Assembly (NCBI GenBank): GCA_051532035.1
Contig: JAOPTW010000012.1
Location: 1 to 64,000 of the forward strand
DNA length: 64,000 nucleotides
Direction of reading: 5' to 3'
Source of the DNA: Fibrobacterales bacterium
Lineage (GTDB): Bacteria; Fibrobacterota; Fibrobacteria; Fibrobacterales; JAOPTW01
The notes beneath the pieces were generated by a model that ran no database searches, had not been told where the DNA came from, and was given only the letters and a program-made list of their open reading frames with translations. The translations under genes and the position numbers were made by a program. Below, one piece after another: positions 42,777 through 50,941 of this stretch. The first letter of the stretch is position 1; every line of letters begins with the position of its first letter.

Positions 42777-45061
42777 TTCGTTCAAGTATATTGATGATAA
42801 TTCTTGTAGTGAGTTCTCTCCTAGTGGTCGGGTGTTTTGTGTCATCCCCCAAATATGAAACATTTGTCCCCGCGGCTCCCCCGAGTGCCCGAGGAATAGT
42901 TGAGTTCACTGGTTATTCGAATGATACCCTTCGGTTAGAAATTCCTACAGTATGGAATACTTTAGAAGGTACCCGAAACTTGTATGCTTTTATACCTGCA
43001 GTGTTATCGTTTGATACGGAATACCTCTATACTGGTGTAATATTGAGCACTCTTACCATGTCAGAATATACTATTCCAAGTCACATACTTATTAATGCTA
43101 ATGGTAATAGTAGCGATGATATTTTAAGTAATGTACAGCTGATTGATTCGACTCAATTTGCACAAGGGTATACCTTACGCTATAGTGCGCTACATCAGCA
43201 AGCCGAGGTTTGGTTCTATGATATCGTGATTCCTCTGGAGGGGAAGGGATACCTTATACGTTTTATGTGTGATATAGCTCAGAGTATTGAGCTCCCTGAC
43301 CTTGATCAAGTACGCTCGTCTATTGCTATAACTCTCTCAACGGTGGAGTTATCATATGGCTCCGGATGGTTTATGAATGATACCAATGCTGCACTGATTT
43401 ATGATAGAAATGTAAATTGGAACTCTGATAATGGTGATCCAAGTATTACCATGACTATGCACGATACCTTTGCAATACAGATCAAGAGTAACGACCCTAT
43501 GGAGATGAATAGGGCGGTTAGATGTGAATTTATGAATCAAACTATAGCTGCCGAAGAAAACATTTGTTCAGGAATCGCTACAGGAAATACTGGTGTTGTG
43601 GATACGTTAGTAGTATACAGTGTAAATCCAATGACCGCTGCTCCGGGGGATACCTTTAAACTTGTTGTGGAATATGAGGTAAGTACACCAATTCCCCTTG
43701 TGACAATTGCAGAGTCAACGATTCACCCCAATGCACGTATAAAGGTGGCGGCGCGAGGATACAAGAATACTCAATATAACGGTTTGGGGGACTTTGCCTT
43801 ATGGAGTTCTCAGGGAGATACCTTAATACAGTTAGAGAACTTATTGGGGCGTGAGGCGTTGTTACAAGATACAACCGTTTCTCTGGATTATACCGTTCCT
43901 GAAGGAGTTGATTCAATTACCTTTATTCTCGAAGTCCAAGATGTTGATGCTATTACTGATACTTTAACAAAGACGGTTAAAATAGAAGCACATGTGTTTG
44001 ATACCCTTCGCCTAGCCGGTATTACGGATAGTGACTTTATAGAAATGGCATTTCCTGATTCCTGGAAGTATTCAAAAGTGGATAACGGTCACGAGTTTAA
44101 AAACTCTTTTTATTCTGGTTTTAGTGGTTCATATGATTCAGAAGATGTGAAGAGTGCCTGTGTATATCAAACAGTTAAAGGGAGTGGCTATACCTCTATC
44201 TCCAATACCTATTTAAGTGATGTGGGCGCCCGTTCTGGACAGGTGATCACTGATCTTATTGTGGTTGATAGTAGTAACGCAGAGGGGCTAAAAAGAGTTG
44301 AATATTCGGGGAGTGTATTGGAACGTGGCTTTGTTTTTTATGATGTTCTGAGAGGGGTGAGTGACTGGAATCATCTTATTCGTTGCTATGGAGAAGAGAG
44401 AAATAAATTGGAATTGGCTGAAGTTGTTGATTCTCTAGTAAGTTCTTTAGTGATAGAATACCCCGCAATCGAGGTAACGTTTAGTAATGTGATTATCAAT
44501 AATGACACTTCTCTTTCAACGCCATCATTTTATCGAACTAACGATACATTAAGCTATGTGGTAACAATCACTGACACCCTAAATGGTGAGTTTGAGGTTG
44601 TTTGTTCTATGGGGGATTCAACAAAAGCTATTGTTGGTGATACGTGTAACGGGCTGGTAACTACCATAGGTGGGGAGTTAGCTGTTTTGGTAACCGACCC
44701 CTTGGGCGTCACGAAAGAATATAGAGAAGCTATTGATGTGAGAGAAAGTTGGATCAGGGGACGTTTTGAATCTGGCACCTCTCCGTGGGTTTATGCTGGA
44801 GCCCCGACTAAAGTTCTGTTTAGCGCTTATGATAGCTATGACCATAGTTCGTTCAAGAGAATATATGTTACTATAGATAATGGGACGGTTCTTTTTGATG
44901 GGACAGGTGTGGATGCAGATTCTATCCATTCGTACGGAAGTACGCATCTATTAGAGTATGAGGCTCCTGATGATGTTGGTTTTTATAATTACATTCTAGA
45001 AGTTACTAATGATCGTGATTCGGTAGTGGCCGACACCTTTGAGTTCCAAATCATGCCATAG
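42773..45061 (+). CDS. Lipoprotein of unknown function with an internal two-fold duplication
   Basis: Lipobox VVGC; two homologous halves (see findings). Confidence 0.7.
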   Translation: MIRSSILMIILVVSSLLVVGCFVSSPKYETFVPAAPPSARGIVEFTGYSNDTLRLEIPTVWNTLEGTRNLYAFIPAVLSFDTEYLYTGVILSTLTMSEYTIPSHILINANGNSSDDILSNVQLIDSTQFAQGYTLRYSALHQQAEVWFYDIVIPLEGKGYLIRFMCDIAQSIELPDLDQVRSSIAITLSTVELSYGSGWFMNDTNAALIYDRNVNWNSDNGDPSITMTMHDTFAIQIKSNDPMEMNRAVRCEFMNQTIAAEENICSGIATGNTGVVDTLVVYSVNPMTAAPGDTFKLVVEYEVSTPIPLVTIAESTIHPNARIKVAARGYKNTQYNGLGDFALWSSQGDTLIQLENLLGREALLQDTTVSLDYTVPEGVDSITFILEVQDVDAITDTLTKTVKIEAHVFDTLRLAGITDSDFIEMAFPDSWKYSKVDNGHEFKNSFYSGFSGSYDSEDVKSACVYQTVKGSGYTSISNTYLSDVGARSGQVITDLIVVDSSNAEGLKRVEYSGSVLERGFVFYDVLRGVSDWNHLIRCYGEERNKLELAEVVDSLVSSLVIEYPAIEVTFSNVIINNDTSLSTPSFYRTNDTLSYVVTITDTLNGEFEVVCSMGDSTKAIVGDTCNGLVTTIGGELAVLVTDPLGVTKEYREAIDVRESWIRGRFESGTSPWVYAGAPTKVLFSAYDSYDHSSFKRIYVTIDNGTVLFDGTGVDADSIHSYGSTHLLEYEAPDDVGFYNYILEVTNDRDSVVADTFEFQIMP

Positions 45062-45412
45062 GTGTTGTGCTTGTAAAAGAAAGTGGTGTTAAGTATCTTC
45101 CTTCGGGGCATGTTATCGTTTAAGAAGGGTGAGATGAATGAGGACGAGTTGGTGCAGATGCTGGAGGGGGTTCGGGATGGGGGAGAGACTGTTTGCTTGT
45201 GATTGATGCTGTCTCTCTATGGTCGTAGCTTTTGAGAATGGCGATATCTTAATTGGAATGGGTAGTCAGGGGTAGGGCCCTTTGTCTCAGGTCAAAATGT
45301 CCGTTGAGTATAATTAATACCTAACTAAAATCCCCGTTTTGATTGCCTCATATCAGCAACAACATTTATGACTCGCAGTGAAAGCAGAGGGCGGTATACT
45401 GTCAAACACATT

Positions 45413-45497
45413 TGTGCACTCAATATATTGTTTCAATCCAGTATGTGCACTCAATCAGTTTTTTTTAGGATCATTTAGAGTGATTTGTGCACTTAAT
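45413..45497 (+). promoter_or_regulatory. Three copies of TGTGCACTYAAT upstream of the RCC1 lipoprotein gene
   Basis: Copies start at 45413, 45444 and 45486; a fourth copy is at 33177. Confidence 0.55.
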
Positions 45498-45617
45498 TAT
45501 ACGTGAAATGATACACTTCATATATTTACAACTATCTCGATTACAATCTCTATCTCCTTGAATGGTAGATTTTGCCTATATAAGAGACACAACCTTTATA
45601 CCCCTAGAGAGACGATT

Positions 45618-48600
45618 ATGAAAAGATTAATTCTTGTTTTTGCAATAACGATATCATTTGTTTTGTTTGGTTGTTTAACAACCAATGTATCAGGTTCAAG
45701 AGATTATGTGATTTCTATAGAAAATAGCAAGCTTCTGATGATTGATAGTATTGTGGTGAATCGCAATGTTGGTGGTAACGTTGATACATTGACGTATGTG
45801 CATAGTGAAGATTATGATGGTCTTGCACTCCTTGTAAAAATTTCGTTCCCTATTGCATCCGATGTAGATGTGGCGGTAACCGTTGACTATCGATGTTATT
45901 CATATGGGCTTCCGGTTATTGATAAAGGCCGGTCGTTTCAATATACAGAAGCAGAAGGTCAAGTACGCGGTGGGGTAAATCCTCAAACAGTATCTCTTCT
46001 TGGTGAATTTCAGAATCGCATTACTACAGATGTAACTCTTGATAGTTCTGGTCGTGCAAGTGTTTTTGACTCACTTTTTGTTGACTATATCTTGTTTAAA
46101 AATGATATCACTCAGGTGGACTCAACGGTGTTACCCCTTTTTGAAACCTATGGCCTAAAAGAAGGGGCCGATGTGGCGTATTTAGTGGTGCTCCTTACCG
46201 ATACTCTTTCGGAGAGAGGGGTGAATTCTGCTGCGGTAACCCTTGAGTCAATTATCGGGGTTTCTGAGTTAGAGATTCTTGGGTATGTTTCGTTGTATAG
46301 TGATACGGTCACTGTCATAAATTCGGGTGAAAATGTGGCGGGGGGTGTTGAAACCCCTTCTCGTTCCATAGAGATTGTAGTGAGTTCTAGTGAAGAGGAT
46401 AAGTCGAGTCAAGCTTCATCCTCTTTATCTTCTTCATTGTCATCGTCATTATCTTCATCGTCGTTATCATCTTCATCTTCATCATCGTTATCTTCATCGT
46501 CGTTATCATCTTCTTCATCTTCTTCATCTTCATCATCTTCTTCATCATCTTCATCTTCATCATCGTTATCTTCATCGTCGTTATCATCTTCATCTTCATC
46601 ATCTTCATCATCTTCATCATCGATATCATCTTCATCATCGCCATCCTCCTCGTCATCTTTATCATCATCGAGTGTGCAACAAAATCATACTATTACTTTT
46701 CAATCTTTTGGAAATGGTACCGTTTCTATTGCCCCTTTTGAAGTAATTGCCGGAGTGGCAGCACAAGTGCCTGGTGTTACTTTCGTCCCTGCTGATGGGT
46801 ATGTATTGAGTGAGTGGGTTCCTACAGTCGGAGAGTGTATCGTTAATAATAGAGAACCGCTTAATATTACCTGTAGCAAGTCAAGTATACTCTATGCAAA
46901 ATTTGAGAAAATAGAGTACACCATTGCTGTCACTAAAATAGGACTTTGTGGGAGCGTTGGAACAGGTCCATATAATTATTCTGTCGGAGCAGGTGCTGTA
47001 CCGCTCAGTATTACTGAAGGAGACTATTGTACAGTATCAAGTGTTTCGTCAACAGGCTTAGAAATAACTCGAAATGGAAATGCCTATTCTGTAACGGGAA
47101 TTAATACCGGCAATTTTAACCCGAGTGGTAACGCCTTTAATGTTATGGTTGCCTTTGAAAAGGTTGCTGTACCCCAAGTTGAAATTAGCTTTGCGTGCTA
47201 TCTAAATGGAGCCAGTATTGATTGTAGCGACGTTCACACGGCAACACTCAATACTATTGTTTTAACAGAGGAGAGTGGCCCTTATACATTTACGCCATCA
47301 CCAAAAACAGGATATGATTTTGGTGATGTAAGTGTTGGCTCTAATGTTACCACTAATGGAAATACTATTGGGTACATCTCTTTCGGAACTGGTGTGGTTA
47401 CTGTTAATTATACGAGAAAAGAGTATGTAATTCCTGTGCAAGCTGAAGGGAATGGCACAGTAAGCTCTACAAGTGTGACTTTAAATCATGGTGAAGCTAC
47501 CGTCCTTCCTATTGTATCAACACCAGATGTAGGGTACCATTCTAAATGGACCGGATATGATGGTTGTGTGGTCAATGATCAAGCACCTTTAACAGTGACC
47601 TGTAACGATGAAAAGGGGTATATAAAAGTAGAGTTTGAAAAGAAGATATTTGCTGATGTTTCTTCAGGAAAACATCACACAATGATATTAGGAGTAAATG
47701 GCACGTTATGGGCTACTGGTCGTAATGATTTTAGTGCACTTGGTGATGGTACGACTGTAGACAAAAGTACACCCGTTCAGGTTATGACTGATGTTGAAGG
47801 TGTTTCAGCAGGGGTATATCACACAATGATGTTAAAAATAGATGGCACGTTATGGGCAGCTGGGAATAATAACTATGGTCAACTTGGTGATGCTACGGCT
47901 TGGAATATAAATACCCCCATTCAGGTGATGACTGGTGTAGCGAATGTTTCTGCAGGGGGGTATCACACAATGATATTAAAAACAGATGGTACCTTATGGG
48001 CTACTGGGTATAATAAATATGGTCAACTTGGTGATGGTACGACTGCAGATAAAAGTACTCCCATTCAGATTATGACCGATGTTGCGAGTGTTTCAGCAGG
48101 GGTATTTCAAACAATGATACTAAAATTAGATGGTACTTTATGGGCTATTGGGCGTAATGATTATGGTCAACTTGGTGATGGTACGACAGTAAATAAAAGT
48201 ACCCCCGTTCAGGTTATGATCGGTGTATCGAGTGTTTCTGCAGGGGGGTATCACACAACGATAATGAAAACAGATGGTACTTTATGGGCAACTGGGAATA
48301 ATAACTATGGTCAACTTGGTGATGGAACAACGGTTGATAAGAGTACCCCCGTTCAGGTTATGACCGGTGTTTCGAGTACTTTTGCAGGGTTTCAGCAGAC
48401 AATGATATTAAAAATAGATGGTGCTTTATGGGCAACTGGGTGGAATTATTATGGTCAACTTTGTGATGGAACAACGGTTGATAAGAGTACCCCCGTTCAG
48501 GTTATGACCGGTATTTCGAGTGTTTCTGGAGGGAATAGTCACACAATGATATTAAAAACAGATGGCAGTTTATGGGCTACTGGGGGTAATGTTTTTGGTC

Positions 48601-48656
48601 AACTTGGTGATGGTACAATGGTAGATAAGAGCACTTCAATAGAAATACTCTTTTAA
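45618..48656 (+). CDS. Lipoprotein with poly-Ser linker, beta-rich bacterial repeat domains and RCC1 propeller (ORF track start 45558)
   Basis: Lipobox LFGC; about 85-aa Ser tract; seven VSAGxxHTMILKxDGTLWATGxNxYGQLGDG repeats. Confidence 0.88.
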   Translation: MKRLILVFAITISFVLFGCLTTNVSGSRDYVISIENSKLLMIDSIVVNRNVGGNVDTLTYVHSEDYDGLALLVKISFPIASDVDVAVTVDYRCYSYGLPVIDKGRSFQYTEAEGQVRGGVNPQTVSLLGEFQNRITTDVTLDSSGRASVFDSLFVDYILFKNDITQVDSTVLPLFETYGLKEGADVAYLVVLLTDTLSERGVNSAAVTLESIIGVSELEILGYVSLYSDTVTVINSGENVAGGVETPSRSIEIVVSSSEEDKSSQASSSLSSSLSSSLSSSSLSSSSSSSLSSSSLSSSSSSSSSSSSSSSSSSSSLSSSSLSSSSSSSSSSSSSISSSSSPSSSSSLSSSSVQQNHTITFQSFGNGTVSIAPFEVIAGVAAQVPGVTFVPADGYVLSEWVPTVGECIVNNREPLNITCSKSSILYAKFEKIEYTIAVTKIGLCGSVGTGPYNYSVGAGAVPLSITEGDYCTVSSVSSTGLEITRNGNAYSVTGINTGNFNPSGNAFNVMVAFEKVAVPQVEISFACYLNGASIDCSDVHTATLNTIVLTEESGPYTFTPSPKTGYDFGDVSVGSNVTTNGNTIGYISFGTGVVTVNYTRKEYVIPVQAEGNGTVSSTSVTLNHGEATVLPIVSTPDVGYHSKWTGYDGCVVNDQAPLTVTCNDEKGYIKVEFEKKIFADVSSGKHHTMILGVNGTLWATGRNDFSALGDGTTVDKSTPVQVMTDVEGVSAGVYHTMMLKIDGTLWAAGNNNYGQLGDATAWNINTPIQVMTGVANVSAGGYHTMILKTDGTLWATGYNKYGQLGDGTTADKSTPIQIMTDVASVSAGVFQTMILKLDGTLWAIGRNDYGQLGDGTTVNKSTPVQVMIGVSSVSAGGYHTTIMKTDGTLWATGNNNYGQLGDGTTVDKSTPVQVMTGVSSTFAGFQQTMILKIDGALWATGWNYYGQLCDGTTVDKSTPVQVMTGISSVSGGNSHTMILKTDGSLWATGGNVFGQLGDGTMVDKSTSIEILF
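46416..46673 (+). repeat. Coding TCN trinucleotide low-complexity tract (poly-Ser linker)
   Basis: TCA/TCT/TCG run with higher-order repeats of TTATCTTCATCGTCGTTATCATCT. Confidence 0.9.
47658..48640 (+). repeat. About seven 144-bp coding RCC1 repeats
   Basis: 48-aa period with strong nucleotide similarity (e.g. TATGGTCAACTTGGTGATGG recurring). Confidence 0.9.
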
Positions 48657-48820
48657 TTTTAAACCGATACTTGCTTTAAAATAGGTCGAGTCAATTGTGA
48701 AATAATGTATGCACGATGGTGGTGATAGGGGCTCTTTAAACTTGATCACCGGATACATCAACTATATGATGTATTGTGTAGGTATTGATGAGTTGGTGCT
48801 GATATAATCAAAAGGTGAAT

Positions 48821-48858
48821 AAAAAAAGGTGAGGGGCAGACCAGTCCTCACCCTTTTT
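48821..48858. terminator. Bidirectional intrinsic terminator
   Basis: A7-GGTGAGG-loop-CCTCACC-CT5 between convergent genes. Confidence 0.75.
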
Positions 48859-48895
48859 ATGGTGCGTTTAATAGTATACACAGTTAAACGACCGA

Positions 48896-49822
48896 CTATG
48901 CTGCGTCCGATGCCTCCTCAGGGTTTGTATCGATATCCGAATCAGATTCTGAATGAGTATGCTTAGGAATTAAAGTATCGACTTCTTCTTCAGACTTTGA
49001 AACTTCGACCGAATCTTCTGTTACGCTTGTTTTTGATTTTTGTGACTTTGCATTTAAGCGGCTTTGTTTGCTGTAAAATTGACTCTTTGTTTCTTTGTCC
49101 TCGATATAGACCATCTCTACCCAGGTACGAAGATATTTAATTGACTCTTCCAATAGGGTAACTGTAGTATCTCTGATGATACGGGGTTCAGAATAAGTAG
49201 TACCATCAATTGTTGAACTCTTATGCTTTCTCCCAAGAACAGACCCAAGCTCAATAGCACGATCTAATTCTTGTACGGTAACCTTTACCTCTGCTAACTC
49301 AGAAATCATCTGTTTACCAATTCTACCGAGGTCAAAAAGATCTTGAATGGTATCACTGATTCTGCTCCCATCAGATATTTTACGTACAATCTCTTTTCGA
49401 TTGGCGTCATTGGCACACACAAATTTAACGCGACTGAGTAACCGAGTTCTCAACGTTTTAGCTTCAGCAAAGATATGAGACCAACTCTCTTCATTAGGCT
49501 TTACACCTTCCTTCGTATTCATATTTGCCTGAGCAATACGAGCAGAGGCAATGCGACGATACATAAGGTCGGCTGTCTCTTGCTTAAAGCCCTCTGCGCT
49601 CATCTCATCAAACCTACGCATGAGAATTTCATAGTACCCTTCAGCCTCTTCGAGATAGATATCCCTTTTCATAGTAGGCTTATAGAATTTCTCTAATTTT
49701 GTGTTTTTGATAAGATCAAGATCTTCGTTATAAATTACTTCGTAGTTGATTGGATTAATAGCAGCTGAAGTTTCAGGTGTAATAGATTCAATTGTTTTTG
49801 TTTCTTTGTTATTCTTAGTCAT
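48896..49822 (-). CDS. Hypothetical alpha-helical protein with acidic tail
   Basis: 308-aa ORF; motifs P.M...YLEEAE, D.IQDL.DL..IG, IRD...TLL. Confidence 0.8.
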   Translation of the reverse strand: MTKNNKETKTIESITPETSAAINPINYEVIYNEDLDLIKNTKLEKFYKPTMKRDIYLEEAEGYYEILMRRFDEMSAEGFKQETADLMYRRIASARIAQANMNTKEGVKPNEESWSHIFAEAKTLRTRLLSRVKFVCANDANRKEIVRKISDGSRISDTIQDLFDLGRIGKQMISELAEVKVTVQELDRAIELGSVLGRKHKSSTIDGTTYSEPRIIRDTTVTLLEESIKYLRTWVEMVYIEDKETKSQFYSKQSRLNAKSQKSKTSVTEDSVEVSKSEEEVDTLIPKHTHSESDSDIDTNPEEASDAA

Positions 49823-50268
49823 TACGGTGTTACCTTATAGGCTCATACATTGTGAACTGATTCCTTGAGCCAAATAAAAAGAGAATCAGTCAATTAACAC
49901 ACATTAGACGTCTCTCAGAATATTTGTGTAACAACAAAATGAATAAAACTTTATTTAAATTGATATTCCCCCTTGCAAAACAGTGGCTAGCAATTTGTGA
50001 ATATTGAGCATTGAGGGGAGTTTTATACAATACGATTCATAAACGGTACTCTGATAATGAAAATTATACAAGGAGCTCTCAGAATTAATTGGGAAATTAT
50101 TTTTCAATGCTGTACACGGGCCTATAATTGTATCCTTCTTGTTTTAGTTTACAAGGTTATTTGAAAAGATAGGCTCTCTTTGTGATTGTGCAATCAGACA
50201 TAGATGCATTATCTAAGGAGTATGTAACTCTGAGGCAAATATAATGAGTGGATGGTACATGGAATTAC

Positions 50269-50668
50269 AGTGCAGGCCAAAATTGTTGGTGAGATACGCT
50301 ACCGGATTTGAGTTTAGGGCAAAATTGTTGCCGAGAAATGGTTCCGGATTTGAGTTTAGGGCAAAATTGTTGCTGAGAAATGGTTCCGGATTGAGTTTAG
50401 GGCAAAATTGTTGCTGAGAAATGGTTCCGGATTTGAGTGCTGGCCTAAATGGTTGGTGAGATATGCTTCCGGATTTGAGTGATGGCCTAAATGGTAGGTG
50501 AGATATGCTTCCGGATTTGAGTGCTGGCCTAAATGGTTGGTGAGATATGCTTCCGGATTGAGTGCTGGGCAAAATGGTTGGTGAGAAATGGTTCCGGATT
50601 GAGTGTAGGTCAAAATTGTTGCTGAGAAATGGTTCCGGATTTGAGTTCAGGGCAAAATTGTTGCTGAG
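50269..50668. repeat. Non-coding tandem array of 41/42-bp units, about 9.6 copies
   Basis: Units of 42,42,41,42,42,42,41,41,42 and 25 bp; example AGTTTAGGGCAAAATTGTTGCTGAGAAATGGTTCCGGATTTG. Confidence 0.95.
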
Positions 50669-50941
50669 TAGTTATGAGGGTACTTTAGTAATGGGAAGAA
50701 TGGGGTAGTGCCGTAGCCTAGATGTATCAACAATCGCTCATTCGTAGCCTAAACTTCATTTATCTAATGTAAAGAGGGAGATACCCTGAATTCAGGTATG
50801 TGGTTAATTGAGTCTATTACTAAGTTCATTAGTGTATGATGATTCTGTTGTTGTTTGTGGGAATGAAAACAGCGATCAGAAATGGATATTCATAGAAATA
50901 GGTACTGAGATAGAATGAGCAAAAACCATTTTAGGAAATAG

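Noticed and set aside
45083..45202. Small ORF or gene remnant (..KKGEMNEDELVQMLEGV..) with GAGAGAC/GTCTCTC hairpin
   Set aside because: Too short and no recognisable family; cannot be supported
46387..46746. His-rich (+) and Met/Lys-rich (-) ORFs
   Set aside because: Alternative frames of the poly-Ser TCN tract
50213..50613. ORFs 50213-50572 and 50356-50613 as repeat proteins
   Set aside because: They are translations of the tandem array; 41-bp units switch frame, so the repeat is not maintained as coding
50269..50668. CRISPR array
   Set aside because: Units are contiguous with no unique spacers, and no cas genes are in the window
50269..50668. c-di-GMP-I riboswitch (GGCAAA, CCGG, CTAA words)
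   Set aside because: Motif order and pairing do not fit; the words are parts of the tandem unit
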